The notes beneath the pieces were generated by a model. The model saw nothing but the letters and a program-made list of their open reading frames with translations. It was not told where the DNA came from and made no database searches. A DNA stretch of 64,000 nucleotides from Tubiluchus corallicola (lineage: Eukaryota > Animalia > Priapulida). The stretch is taken from positions 310,001-374,000 of the forward strand of contig JAQGDQ010000147.1 in NCBI GenBank assembly GCA_030141605.1, in the 5' to 3' direction. Positions 14,803 through 28,047 of the stretch are shown piece after piece. Position 1 is the first letter of the stretch. Each line of letters begins with the position of its first letter. Made by a program: the position numbers and the translations under genes.

Positions 14803-17800
14803 CCATCACCATCACCATCACCATCACCATCACCATCACCATCACCATCCACCGTCACCGTCACCGTCACCGTCACCGTCACCGTCACCGTCACCGTCAC
14901 CGTCACCGTCACCGTCACCGTCACCGTCATCGTCGTCATCGTCATCAATATCATCATCATCAATATCATCATCTATATCATCATCATCACCATCACCATC
15001 ACCATCACCATCACCATCACCATCACCATCACCATCACCATCACCATCACCATCATCATCATCATCATCATCATCATCATTGTCACTATCTCTATAGCTA
15101 TCGCTATCACATCACTATCACATCACTATCATTATCATTATTATTTTTATTGTTAATTTACTAATTAGTCACTGCTATTAATTACCTCTTTGTTGAATCC
15201 CTCGTTTTCCTGGACAATATCATCTTCCAACTCACTGGCACATCCATAACAACATCGCAAAATATACTCACGTCTCAACGGCTTTTTATTGCCACCTAGA
15301 GGACAAAATGTGAACCATCAGACTAAATCCAAGACACATGCATTGGACGTCAGACTGACAAGCAAAAAATTTTGTTAAGCAAGAAATCAATTGATACATT
15401 TTTTATTTTAGTGATGCTAAGTAAACATTAGACAAAATGCGCCATTATAATCAACAGTGTCCAAATATATTTTCCATCAAGTCAAGATTTTTATAAAATC
15501 TTTGCGCCTGTTGAAAAGAAACAATTTCCTTTGAAAGTGGTGACACCTGCTGTTGAATGTAATCACTAATACGACTCACCATCTTTAATTTTCCAAAATT
15601 TTATGACAACCTTTGTACTCAAAAACTACAAACGTTTTTGCAGTTCAGGAAGTGAAGTGGTACAATGTAGTAATAAAGTTGGAACACCGATTCCTGCTAA
15701 TGCACACTAACCCGTAATGACGCTGACCAGCACTCCCACAATGCAGCACGCTAACATGGCTATAATAACGTAGTACATGTATGATATTTTGTAGAGGCCA
15801 AAATGCTCTTCTTCTACTGGCGCTCTGTAAGCAAAGAGTGTTGCATTATTGCCTATTCGTAATGCAAAACATACTGGTATGTTATATAATAACTGAAAAA
15901 TTTATTGTCGCTTTTACTGAAAAAACTAACGATACTTGATGCTGAAAATAAGATTTATCTTACATTGTAGTTTCCAGTGTGGCAGCTATGGTTGTGGTGG
16001 TTGTGAAAGCTGACTCAGTATTATTACAACCCGCAGTACTCATAGGCAAGATTGGTGGCTTTACTTTTGCTAATGTAGTGCCAACGCCAATCCATAGTGA
16101 TAAAGCCAGGGAGCAAGTTAGACCTGCTAGCGCCCCCTAAAAAAACAATAAAAACGATTGAAATATTATAATTAACATTATGGTAAACAAGAGCAACACA
16201 AGAAACAGGCACTATAAATCTATTGCAAAAACAACAGTAAAAGCTGGCGAAAAACACTCTAAAATAAAAGAGTAGGAAGCTACAAAACATTTTACAATAA
16301 CTAAAACAACAAAACAAATGGTTAGCAGTGAAGCAAGAAGATGTATTGCATGACACTACCACAATTACTTTTAAAGTTGAAAAAGCAACAAAACAGAACA
16401 ATCAACAACAATGATATGCAACACTGAAGTAGAAAAAGGTACAGCACACGCAACAAAAACATTGAAAAAGCAACGATTTGTAACAAGAACTGCCATTAAG
16501 TCTAGCAAAACAACGCATTTGGACAGGAAGAGCAAGAATTTAGACGTAGTACTGCAATAAAGAACAAGGAGGAGCAGCACTGCAATAAAAACAGCAAAAG
16601 CTTGCAGCACTGCAAGTAAGTGAGAACAGCAAACAAGCGCAGCACGGCAGCAAAAACAGTGCTCAAGGAAGTGCAATACTCTAACAAACCATCGGAAATG
16701 TAGCACTGCTACGAAAAAAAACCATGAGCTAACAGAGCAACAGAAACTGAATGGTAAGGAATTGGCATAAGAAGAATAAAAAAAGATCTACAACTATTTA
16801 TTCCAAGTTTACTCACCCATTCGTTTGCACAAGGGAATACAATACCAAGAGTAAACACTCCAGCTACTGGACCACCAACCATTCCTAATAGTGAGATTGC
16901 TATCTGTGTTAAAAACATACAAACTTTAAAGTTTCATTAACATCCACGTTACATAACGTGTAATCGTATTTGAATCTCAAATATTCTTCAGTTCTGCTAG
17001 AAGGTAGGGATGCTTGTGATTTAGGTTCGTGTTTTGACTCACGGCGACAAAATTATATTTAACTAAGTCAGTGGTGGTATTTAGAGAGCACCGTTAATGT
17101 GAATTTCGTTGCTATTCAATGGCGGCATACCACCCACTGATATACAAGAATTCGTTTATATGGTTGTTAATTAATCGCTCAGCAGTAAATTTATGTGCTC
17201 GAAAAATTAGCGAGTTACATACTAAAAAGCTTAATCTCGTTAAACCACTGTCCATTCATCCAATCAGTTATAATTAAAGAAAACAGGTTTAAGTTACTTC
17301 ATGAAGTTACGCAAACCAAAACTGCAGTCATTGCTATTCATTTGTATGTAAAACTTAAATTCATTAAACAGGTTTATGCTGGTACAAAACTGCTGATCTC
17401 TTAAGGACAAAATCCACAAGATAAAATACTGTGAGAAGTATACAAGTTGACAGCTACTGCAACGTTGACGAATTCTACTCCTGTACATTGTTTCTACGTG
17501 TTTCAGTGTAATGGGATACAAAAGGTATAGACGTTTTAAAGTGAAAAATGTTTATAATTACTGTTATAAATATTACTTTCCCAGTTACAAATAAACCAAT
17601 TTATATGAAACCGAATTAATTATAAGCGATATTTTCACTAGACATTTAATATTCACAGCGGCGTAGAGTACATCCAATATACGCCCGCAGCGACGCGCGT
17701 CTGTTTTGTGAAATATAACGCGAGAAACCCTGTTAATCGAAATATGAGGAAAGGGTTAGAAGCTTAAAACTACTGTGTTCCGTACATGCATCTTTCTTCA

Positions 17801-20800
17801 TAAATGTTACTTTAGACGTTTTTCAAATCCATGCTCTTTTTATCAAACGAAGGTTATTTTGAGATACAAAGATAATCTGTAAGGTACAAAGAAATTTGTT
17901 CGTAAAAAAAATTTCAAGACATTACAAAATCTTTTCAAATTCATTTTAAAATCTTTGCGACCGTGCTTTCTAAAACACGCAAGTAAATTCAAGAAGTCGG
18001 CGATAACTTACAGTTAAAACGGCATTTCCAAACACAGATGTCATAAATGCTAGTCCTATTGTAAGCAGGCCATAAAAGCAAGCTGAAAAAGAAAGCAAAA
18101 ACGGAAAAATTAGTTTGAGACATTGTCTACATAATGGCACTGTTGTCGTGCGTTTAGGTAGAAAGAAATACCGAAGACGCTACGCCAAGAGATGAATTTG
18201 GATACCCAATTATCTGCAGAATGTGTTATCTAGAAATTTCAGTCAGACGGTAGGCAAGATTCCATTGATCAAAATCAAGGCAGGGGTTTTCTTTGTCGAC
18301 CTAGCTTCTGTAATCAGTGAAGAGCAATGTGAAAAGGCAAAAGCACAGCTACTTAGGCTAATACCTAAAGAAGTCACGGACAAGGCTAAACCATGCTACA
18401 AGCACACCGGCAATTGATGTACTGATTAATCTCATAAATATTGAATATGGTTAAATTGATGATTGTGATCACATGCCGATGTGTGTTGAATTTAATACTA
18501 AAAGAGATAGAATCTAAGTGGGAAAATTCTCTATTAAAGCTTTTTAGTTCAGTAGATGATACCAATCTTCCGTGTGTGTTGTTGCAAACGCTCTCAGGAA
18601 TCACTGAAAGTGTTCCTGCTTTGTCAATCCATAAGTTTCAGGTTGCTATAAGCAATCATTCTGCCCATAAATCAACAGTCTGATGATATTCAGGCAGAGC
18701 ATTTCATGCGTGCGTCGCCAACTACTACCCATTCTGGTTTCGTTATTTTGCTGTTCATGTATAAACCACGACGCCTCCCTGATGCCTGTAGATTGCTTAT
18801 GCTGTTTTCCTTTAGTAAAGGACAAGAATGGATAACAGATATGAATACTTATAGACCAACAGCCCAAAAAATACAAGTCAGTCAGTCAGTCAGTCAGTCA
18901 GTCAGTCAGTCAGTCAGTCAGTCAGTCAGTCAGTCAGTCAGTCAGTCAGTCAGTCAGTCAGTCAGTCAGTCAGTCAGTCAGTCAGTCAGTCAGTCAGTCA
19001 GTCAGTCAGTCAGTCAGTCAGTCAGTCAGTCAGTCAGTCAGTCAGTCAGTCAGTCAGTCAGTCAGTCAGTCAGTCAGTCAGTTCACCAAGTCAGTCAGTC
19101 ACGTCAGTCAGTCAGTCAGTCAGTCAGTCAGTCAGTCAGTCAGTCAGTCAGTCAGTCAGTCAGTCAGTCAATCAGTCAGTCAGTCAGTCAGTCAGTCAGT
19201 CAGTCAGTCAGTCAGTCAGTCAGTCAGTCAGTCAGTCAGTCACTAAAAAGTAATCGGTTCAGCAAACAGACAAACAAACAAACTGATCAAACAAAATTGC
19301 TCACTCTGCTTTTAATTTGGTATTGCGTAAGACATTTACTGTGTCGCACGTGAAACGACAGTATTGTACGCTTTATAAGAAACACACGATTTAGGGCTTC
19401 ACGACAGTTCATATCTCTCATATATAAAAATATCAGTAACATTTACCCAAAAGTTTGGAGATTGTTGTTGCCATTTCATCACGCATGCTACCATGCGTCC
19501 TCCACATATAAACTGGTTTAATGATATCAACCAGGGTAACAGCAGCTAACGAATTAACTCCTGATGAGACTGTGCTGTAACACATATAAATTTACATATA
19601 CATAACAATCACATTATATTTAGACAGTGTTTTCTGCATTGCATCATGTGAAAAATGCAGTGGAAGGAATTTACAACCCCCCCCCCCCCCCACACACACA
19701 CACACATTTTAAGTACCCTAGCCGTAATTTTAACCCTAATCCGCTTCACGAACTAATTTCTTGTGTGTGGGAATTGTAAATTTTAGCCGATTTAGTAATT
19801 ACGTAAGATTTGCATCACGCGTAAGCCTGCATTACTGATCCAACCTTTTTCACTTTTTCACATTTTCAGAATTTTTCACTACGGTTTTTAGTTACTGTAC
19901 GTTAGCACTTTCTGTAGCAAAACTTGCGTTTTAAAACGCTTTCAACCCTCAAACACAAAAATGTGCAGTGCCACCTATTAACAAGAAAGAATAATATTAT
20001 AATCTAACGCCTCTTTTAAACTAAAATTCCTAATAACCTGAGTGCTGCACTGAACACCGAAGCGGTAAACAGACCCGGAAGACCTCTAGCGAAGCTCAAT
20101 GTTTCCATAACAAACAATGGAAATAACTGAAAATAAAAATAAACTAAATTTTAGAAAACATTGTTTACTGTGGTTTTTGAATCAATAGGCCTAGCTCTAG
20201 GCTGCTCAAAAATTACAATACTCCTTTTCAAAAAAGAAATATAATGCTAAAAATAGGGATAAAAAATCTACTGCTGGGATTTGAACCCAGCACTCTTCTG
20301 TTACGTCCCTGAAATACGTTTGACACATCAACGAGGAAAAGAAGAGGTTAAAATGGCTACCTGGTCAGGTTTCTCCACGCCTTTAGTTGTGAGTGGGTCA
20401 CAATCAGCGTACTTTGCGTACATTATGACTCCGACAAGCGTAAATATGAATTGTATGATGATCCAGGAGGGCGCCATAAGCCAGCAGCAACTGTGTATAA
20501 AAATGCGAATATTGAACATCGGTGTCTCAACATCTTGTTGGATGCTGGGTTTCACAATTCTTTACTTATCAGTGACAAAATAAGCAGTGTTAATGACAGT
20601 AACATAATTACCATTACAAATACCATTGGCATTGTCCTTGTCCTGTTATTACCAGTATCAATATCAACGTCTTTGCCATTGGCGTCGTTTTCTTATCACT
20701 ATCATCATCGTCACCGTCGTCATCGTCGTCAACCATTATTATGGTTACCGTCGCCATCGTTATCATTTTATTACTATTATCATAATCAATTTATTTAAAT

Positions 20801-23800
20801 TTGTTACAGAAAATTTCTTTTGTTACAGAAAATTTCTAAGAAGATAAGGAAGACAATGCTTTAAAAGAATATTTTTTAAATTATTAAGCTTACAGCTGGG
20901 CTCTTCTTAGTGAGTTGATGCTCAAATATCTCTGCACTGTTGCCTGATTCGTTGCATACAAACTCATCCAGAAAAATGCACCCCCCACTATCAGCGTCCA
21001 GAAACTATGTCGTATTGTGGGATCAGGATCAAATCTGTAACCAACAATCAATATATCAATTTCCTTAAAGCTCTAAGGTGCTCACTACTTGGTAGGCACA
21101 GGCCTAGTGACCATTCGTTATCAAACAAAGTAATTATCCTTCAGCCAGCTGGACCCTCAACCCAATAGTCCAGTGCCGAGCACATACACATACAAGTGCC
21201 GTACACAAAAATTAAACTATACATGTGAGCTTATAATATGATGAAAACACTTTTTATTACTACTTATTGTTCCCATTTTTATCAGTTCCACCTTAGGATA
21301 TTAATAAGATGTTTCAACTTGATTCGAATATTCAGCAAAACTAAATACGCAAAACAAAGTTTGTAAAGTAAAAAAATACAGTTTATCTCACTTTAATCTC
21401 ACTTTGCGCATTTTTTCACAAAACTTGTAGAATTAAATCTGAAGAACAGCTGCGAGAGCCAGGAAGCTATCATTGTCAAGATCATTCAACGTAGGGTGTA
21501 ATAGATTTAGCTTGGTTTCCCGGAATGTCAAGCCTTCTCGCAACTAGCAATTTCCCGGACCCAACCACCTGATTTTTTTAAAAAAGTTTGATCAAACGCC
21601 AAAATTCTTTTGGGGGTACAAAAGACTTAAACATAAAATACAATAAATAAAGAGCTATATAAACCAAATGCAGGTATGCCTAAGCAACAGAAATATTTTC
21701 ATTGCGATTTAACAACTCTTTAATATTTAGTGATTTTAAAAGAAAAGAAAAGACAAATACAAATTTAAAGTGGAAAATGGACGTTAAACGATATAAAGTG
21801 GAAAATGGACGTTAAACGATATAAAGTTGTGTAACTTCTTCAACGTTAAATTTCGGCTAAATTTTCAGTTCCCTAAAGTTGGGCATACTGTTTAAAATAA
21901 CACAGATTAGCCTTTCACGCTCCAAGCTCATTTAAAAATCCGAATCCGCCAGTGTTTAAAATTTAATCATTCGCTCTATCACATATTTTTCCAAACCTGT
22001 TTCCAAAAGTCAGCGCTTTATTTTATAGATTCGTTTCTAATACATGTACTTGACAAGAGTGTCGGCGTAATTGGGTGAGAACTCATTATTCTACTGGAAT
22101 GAAAATGAAATCACACATTTTCTTTACGTTGTAAAAGTATTTGTTATTGCATGACATATAATTCAAAGCATATTAGCTTTTGCTATCAATGTAAGGTAGA
22201 CGTTAACCTAGATGGAAAACTGGCTTAACGCGATACTGTAAATATAAGCCCATAGGTTTATAACGTACAGCAAATGTTAAATATAAATCTGTGAAGTGCA
22301 GATATGGCATTATTCAAGTAGGCTATTTGACATTAAACAGCACGATTAAATGGCTGACACTGCAAAAGTGGTTGTTTCTTGGAATATTTAAATTACAAGA
22401 GACTATAGTCGATATAAAGACTTCAGTGTCATGTTAGTATAAATCATTATTAATGGACAAATTCTTACTCAAACCACTGTATTCTGTTTCCTTCACTAGC
22501 AATCGTCCATGCCTCGCTGATTCCTCCCAATTCTATTGAACCCTTGATGACTACAATGACAGTGCCGACAATGATAACCAACATTTGGAAAGTATCTGTC
22601 CACATGACAGCTTTCATGCCACCCTAAAAAATAACAATTAAAACTAATATTACCTAGTTGCAAGATGTGAATCTTTACATGTCACTCACCACTGCTTACC
22701 ATTACAGTGTGCCAGGGTCGAATAGAGCAAATGTGGCGTAAATGTGTCTTCATAGATCTCAAAAGTTACTATTGTAAGGTACCCCAAAGATAGACAGTGT
22801 AACTTAGGAGGGGCGTGAAGATGTTCTCATGGACCTCTCATTCACTATCGTAAAGTGTCACAGAGTCAGGTACGGTATCTTTTACTAGCTGCAGTGATAA
22901 AACTCATTCTATTGGGTGCCACTGTTTGTAACATAATGATGTATTAAATGTCATCTTTATAATACCTCAGGTAATTCTAGTTCTAGTTAAATGACTAGCT
23001 TTTAACATTGTCATAAAACTCCTTTGGACAGGGCGCTTTCCTTTAACACTATGCAGCCATTAACACCCTTATTTCTGTCTTTGTTTGCTAGTTCTCGCTT
23101 ACAAGGTAAGCGTCATGACTGCTAGACTATCAACCTCTTCTTTCGAATAAACTTGGTTTTAAAAATCAACAACTAAAGATTCATTTCACGGTTAATAATA
23201 ATATTGAAATACACAATTAAAAATAATGGAACTACCTTACAAAGTACACGCATAAAATGCCTATTAAATCACGTTTATCTCCCGCCAAATAATACCAGCT
23301 GGCTGTCAGCGTGAAGATACCCATAACAAAATTTCTGTAGATCACTCAGAAGTTCCGTTATTAATGTAACGCAACGCAACGCAACGCAACGCAGCGCAGC
23401 GCAGCACAGCACAGCACAGCACAGCACAGCACAGCACAGCACAACACAACACAACACAACACAACACAACACAACACAACACAACATAACATAACATAAC
23501 ATAATATAATATAATATAATGTAATGTAATATAATATAATATAATATTATACGTGAATTGTATTGTTCTTAGTACAATCGTATTATTATCAGTTATTGTA
23601 TTAAATTGTTGTGTGTTATCTGAATCGTTAACTGTGAGTGATACAATTTGACTGAAAATGGATTTAAAAGTATAATGTGTAAAGCTGAATTAAATTTCAG
23701 GAATACAGTAGCTACAAATTGCATTACTTTCTTAGACTACTAACCTGGCGCATTTCATATATACATGAATGTGTGTATAACACGCATACGCACACGCACA

Positions 23801-26800
23801 GATATATATAAAATATTATTAGAAAACACCTCTGGTGTGCGGATCTATAAGATGCGAGTCCACAATATAGTAACAAAAACATTAGAGAAAAGCACGCACG
23901 CAGGCACGCGCACACGCACACGCACACGCACACGCACACACACACACACACACAGCAGTTAATCTTCCAACATTAATTTAATTTAGATGTTTAGCTTTCG
24001 ATACATATATATATATATAATTGTATATATAATATGTTCATTACATATAGATAATTGTAACTACAGCTGCAAAAAAATTTGCTCAAGCAACAGGTGGGAT
24101 AGATGTTGGTAATTACATACACTGTACCCAATGACGTTATTCTTCGTTCAAAATGAGTGCCTCCGGGCGTGAAATGATCGCGATTTCAAATTGATTTTAC
24201 TAATTATACAAGACGTTTATCATAATTTTATTTATTGCTGAAAGTTTCTAATATTTGTCTCAAATATTAAAATAGGTTGAACTTCCCTAGAGCATTGACT
24301 TCTACTTTAAGATTATAAATAATTTTCAAGTTAAGCAAATGATCTTCTTAATGATAAAAGTGTGATTTTTAATAATTATAACTTGTGGATGGAGACGACC
24401 AGCTGCTTTGATGTTGTACAGGGGATAGGAACAACCTTTTGTGTTGATTTATCCGATTCTCCCAACACATTGCATGCATTCCTGACTTTAAATCTTGTTT
24501 AAAACCTGTTTGAGTCTTTTATCAGCGTCAATATCATTACGCCTATTACTAAAGAATTATACGTCTGAGTGCGTGTTTGAGGTTTGGGCATTAAATAGAT
24601 AACGTCGCAACTAAATTATACAAGGAACGATCATCCATTTACGCAATGCGATGGGATTGTATGTTGTGTAATTTATATGTATTTGTATATTATATACTCA
24701 CTATTGTGGTATAGAACGTACAGATTAAGCCAGAGCTCACGACGGACACCCAAACTTCTAAACCTGTTACTGAAAACAGAAAAAAAACGATGAATAAATT
24801 GTTTACAAATATTTAGGAATTGGATGTATTGACACAAGAGGTGCTAATGTTTATCAAAAGTCTTAGTTCTCATTTTTGCAACTTACCTTGTGCCAAAGCT
24901 AAAGCTGGGGCGTATAAAACCACTGCCATATAGAGAAACTGTAGAAAAATGAAAAAAGCAGAATTATAATAGAAACTAGAATCAACGCTTAATTAAAGAT
25001 TTTTATTCTGTTGAGTATCAGACGTTATCAGATTTTAGCTGTTGCAAAGGCTTATGAAATATGTGAAGAATGCTGCAGATTATATTTTAGTCTAACTTAG
25101 TCGGTCGTTTAGCAAGTGACATAGTCAGACCCAACAATTTTACTCTTCATGTATAACTGTAGCTGTCTCAATTAGATTATACTTGCAACATTCATACAAA
25201 CTAAAACGCTAAATGCCGTTAACATTTAACAATAAAATTTGTTCAACTTCATATTTAATATTTAATAAAAAATCATACCATTGTCATGATGAATAAAACT
25301 ATTCCAAACCGTCGTATAAGCTTATTGAATCGAACTTCTAGATACTGAAAACAAGAATATGCACTTAATCAGTAGCAGGCTACGTTGTTGTGCAGTTTTA
25401 CTCTAATGACGTGGTTCAAACGCCCATTGTTAATTTACATAAAATAGTGCCCATGTTAACGTTCATTAAAAAAGAGCAAAAATAGAAATTTCTAACTTTC
25501 GTCCAACGAAACGAGCGGAGTATATAGATTTGTGCTTAATACTTAGCTAAGGATAAACGTACTTTCGAAAGGGATAAAAAGTTTGAGTCTATAATCGATG
25601 CTCAGTGGTGATACTACAGACTTTGGAATGGTTTCAAATTATCCCTTTTCAGTAATCTTCTGCATTCTACTGCTTAAAATACACAGATATGTATTACCTC
25701 TGACAAATGCTGCACCTCTTAGAACAAAATATTAAGCACAATCTAAAACAAAAACCATGCTTTTTATTTCCAATTTCAAGGCTATGTTTCTAGAGACATA
25801 TGTAGCACAGCTCACAAGGTTAACTTAACTATTATTGTTCAGGTCTTTTTCAGCCCTATAGGTAATACGTTTTGTGAAGTACAATTCCGCCAAGCTAATC
25901 CTGCAAAATTCACGCTTTCATAAAAAATCACTGCAAACGAGTGTTAAGATGTGTTCAACAAGCTGAAATCTAGGAGTGCTTTTTCCGAATGAAAAGCGCT
26001 AAATGGCCAAATCGTTTTAGAATGTTTTTTTAGACAAAATGAAGACTGTTGTGCAAAAGCCTGCGTTCACGGCCAAGCTTGCCCAAAAACAGCAAGGAAT
26101 ATAGCAGATAACAATGACTCAGAACAACAAAGAATATGGAAAAGAACGACGACTCAAAACAGCACAGAATGTGCAAATGACTCGAAACATCACTGTTTCG
26201 AAAGTGTGAACATTGAAAGAACAACATGGAATATGCGAAGAATAACGGTGCGCGGTAAAAATAGCACAGGTAAAAATGGCACAGGAAAAATGGCACGATA
26301 ATAATGGCACAGGGAAAATGGCACAGGAAAAATGGCACAGGTAAAAATGGCGCAGGAAAAAGTGCACAGGTAAAAATGGCACGGACAAATGGTACAAATG
26401 GAAAAGTAAGTGAAATGGCACAGGAAAAATGACACAAATGGAGAAGTACGACAAGGATGGCACATATGTTATTTTGATGCAATTGATTTCTATAATAAAC
26501 TAGAATGCGCTCAATAGGAAGCAAATCTCTGCCAAAACCGAACAATCCTATTTCGTCTGATTCTTTTGATCAAAAAAATTTAACACAAAGATAAACAAGC
26601 AAACATACAAAAATGTACAAGTATTGGTATTACACAGACTAGCATAAGACACAAAATATTTGTTCATTAAATAGGAAATCTGTTAGGTAGTTTTTGCGTA
26701 ATAAGCTTACTACCATAACAGACAAAAACAACCAAACAAACAGACAAACAAACAAACAAACTTCGATTAATCATTTATTGAGATTTTTCTGCCAAACTGT

Positions 26801-28047
26801 CTAGATATTATGTTACTCAGAATCCCATTTAGCGTTGCAACAGAATCCATTTTATCGTAAAAATTTAGACTAACGAGTAACTTTATTGTGACTTCATAAT
26901 ATAAAAATTGGCTAGAAAGTTACGGAATGAATAACAACGAAAACGAGACCGGTCGTCTGACGAAAGCAAACTGTTTATAAAGTTACATCGTCAACTAGTA
27001 ACTTAATAATTTAAACTAAGCATAAATTAGTTTCTGGTTTTTACGTACCTCATAAGCACTAGTGAGATTCAATTTATGATAAACTGGAATATAAATGTGT
27101 GCTGTCATTGCCATTGCGGGAATCATTGAGAACATAGTTATCCAGTACATTGTACTAAACCTAAAAATTAATGCAGTGAATTAACAGACAATTAACAAAC
27201 AGTTAGGAGCCAGTTAGTCAGCAGTTTTGTGCAAAAACAGAAACCTCGACTCAGTTATTATACGATCGGAATAGCCAACTAAATTGAGGTTACGATTTAT
27301 TATTTATTTCAGTTTCTCAAGTAGAAGCCATAATTCTGTACGAAATTAATAGCTACATTTGGTAAAACTGCCGGCTATGTTGAGCTGCTGCTTGAGAAAA
27401 ACACTGTGGCTCACATGTATGTTGGGATGTGCATTAGCTAGCCAAATTTGTGGCCCCAAAATATATTTTTATTGCTGGGAACATGTGAATTGTTAATAAT
27501 TTTGCTATATGCTTATCTGATTTGCATGCAGAAATGCATTTTTGGTCGAAAACATAGTGGCCGCGGCACGCTGGCTCGTGAATGAATTTATTTATTGCTG
27601 TATTTTGGCGTTCATCGACCCATTTCTTGTTTTAAAAGCAGGTTTAATATGGCTTTAGGTCAAATTGTTATCACATCATACCTGAGTGCATAATTATATT
27701 GCTGTGTAGCTTTGCAAAAAATAAATTAAATGGTTGCATGTTTAATGCGTTGAATTAAGCCTATATGAGTAAACTTTCTAGGGCTACTATTCATGTGCAA
27801 TGAGTGTTTACCTGTAGGTTTCGGACGGTACTCCTAGTACTGATATTCCTGAAACGAAACTGGCTACGAGGGACATGGTTGCCGGGAAAAGGCCCATTTT
27901 TCGATTGCCCAGTAGGAATTCTTTCGTTGTCTTTTGTCTGCCTCCGGTGCAAGCGTAGAATACCCCGATTGCTGCAGAAACTGTCAACGAAATGCCGAAC
28001 ACGACATAATCAACAACTGTAAACTTCGGCGAGTCTACTGCAGACAT
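14484..28047 (-). CDS. SLC5A8-like: Sodium-coupled monocarboxylate/multivitamin/iodide symporter (SLC5A5/6/8/12 clade), whole gene, 16 coding exons, 626 aa
   Basis: 16 GT-AG exons join in frame (1881 nt): 27812-28047, 27049-27160, 25279-25344, 24887-24938, 24702-24769, 22469-22623, 20894-21034, 20361-20490, 20038-20126, 19447-19574, 18012-18082, 16817-16903, 15964-16136, 15712-15824, 15186-15295, 14484-14633. SSS-family motifs: DYVVF, SLVASFVSGISVLGVPSE, TSAYEYLEVRF, YAPALAL, GGMKAVMWTD, FDPDPTIRH, NQATVQRY, SAALSTVSSGVNSLA. The exact vertebrate orthologue cannot be resolved without a tree. Confidence 0.95.
14742..15150 (+). repeat. (CAT)/(CACCAT)/(CACCGT) compound microsatellite in the last SLC5 intron
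   Basis: direct reading. Confidence 0.97.
15186..15295 (-). CDS. SLC5 coding exon 15
   Basis: GNKKPLRREYILRCCYGC...FNKE, phase-compatible, open. Confidence 0.8.
15712..15824 (-). CDS. SLC5 coding exon 14
   Basis: HFGLYKISYMYY...VGVLVSVITG (last TM helix). Confidence 0.9.
15964..16136 (-). CDS. SLC5 coding exon 13
   Basis: GALAGLTCSLALSLWIGVG...LPMSTAGCNNTES (N-glycosylation sequon in a Thr-rich loop). Confidence 0.9.
16145..16790 (+). repeat. A-rich low-complexity degenerate repeat (gcaacaaaa/gcactgcaa units)
   Basis: Fills SLC5 intron 12 and generates spurious F/C/L-rich ORFs. Confidence 0.7.
16817..16903 (-). CDS. SLC5 coding exon 12
   Basis: IAISLLGMVGGPVAGVFTLGIVFPCANEW. Confidence 0.94.
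18012..18082 (-). CDS. SLC5 coding exon 11
   Basis: ACFYGLLTIGLAFMTSVFGNAVLT. Confidence 0.92.
18150..18560 (+). mobile_element. Highly decayed LINE endonuclease remnant in SLC5 intron 10
   Basis: GN*CTD* (~GxSxIDY) followed by DCDHMPMCVEF (~SDHxP), with stops. Confidence 0.4.
18877..19241 (+). repeat. (GTCA)n tetranucleotide microsatellite
   Basis: direct reading, ~365 bp. Confidence 0.98.
19447..19574 (-). CDS. SLC5 coding exon 10
   Basis: TVSSGVNSLAAVTLVDIIKP...ISKLL (Na2-site helix). Confidence 0.94.
20038..20126 (-). CDS. SLC5 coding exon 9
   Basis: LFPLFVMETLSFARGLPGLFTASVFSAALS. Confidence 0.94.
20270..20335 (-). mobile_element. tRNA-derived SINE head remnant
   Basis: B-box GGTTCAAATCC within a T-arm-like stem (ctggg...cccag); no full cloverleaf. 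Confidence 0.4.
20361..20490 (-). CDS. SLC5 coding exon 8
   Basis: CCWLMAPSW...YAKYADCDPLTTKGVEKPDQ. Confidence 0.93.
20894..21034 (-). CDS. SLC5 coding exon 7
   Basis: FDPDPTIRHSFW...NQATVQRYLS. Confidence 0.95.
21766..21827 (+). repeat. Perfect 28-bp tandem duplication
   Basis: taaagtggaaaatggacgttaaacgata x2. Confidence 0.95.
22469..22623 (-). CDS. SLC5 coding exon 6
   Basis: GGMKAVMWTDTFQ...EGNRIQWF. Confidence 0.95.
23363..23548 (+). repeat. Compound pentanucleotide microsatellite
   Basis: AACGC, AGCGC, AGCAC, AACAC, AACAT, AATAT blocks. Confidence 0.97.
23893..23954 (+). repeat. (CA)/(CACACG) microsatellite
   Basis: direct reading. Confidence 0.95.
24702..24769 (-). CDS. SLC5 coding exon 5
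   Basis: VTGLEVWVSVVSSGLICTFYTTI. Confidence 0.93.
24887..24938 (-). CDS. SLC5 coding exon 4
   Basis: FLYMAVVLYAPALALAQ. Confidence 0.93.
25279..25344 (-). CDS. SLC5 coding exon 3
   Basis: YLEVRFNKLIRRFGIVLFIMTM. Confidence 0.92.
26255..26465 (+). repeat. ~14-15-bp minisatellite (AAAAATGGCACAGG)n
   Basis: More than 10 degenerate copies. Confidence 0.9.
27049..27160 (-). CDS. SLC5 coding exon 2
   Basis: FSTMYWITMFSMIPAMAMTAHIYIPVYHKLNLTSAYE, canonical splice sites. Confidence 0.92.
27812..28047 (-). CDS. SLC5 coding exon 1
   Basis: MSAVDSPKFTVVDYVVF...GVPSETY, donor AG|GTAAAC. Confidence 0.9.

Noticed and set aside
15567-15582. T7 promoter-like TAATACGACTCACCAT
   Set aside because: Incomplete, with no vector sequence around it; lies in a normal intron, so most likely a chance match.
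16127-16140. CTCF-like AGGGGGCGCTA (and CCTCTAGGTGGC at ~15291-15302)
   Set aside because: Explained by the acceptor AG followed by Gly/Ala codons.
16024-16706. Hydrophobic minus-strand ORFs resembling membrane proteins
   Set aside because: Reverse complement of A-rich low-complexity intron sequence.
20270-20335. tRNA gene
   Set aside because: Only a B-box/T-arm is present; no acceptor or anticodon stems.
26255-26465. CRISPR-like appearance of short repeats (also 57120-57745)
   Set aside because: No unique spacers, no cas genes, eukaryotic intronic context.
26030-26545. Cys/Phe-rich 171-aa ORF and overlapping ORFs
   Set aside because: Produced by the AAAAATGGCACAGG minisatellite in SLC5 intron 2.
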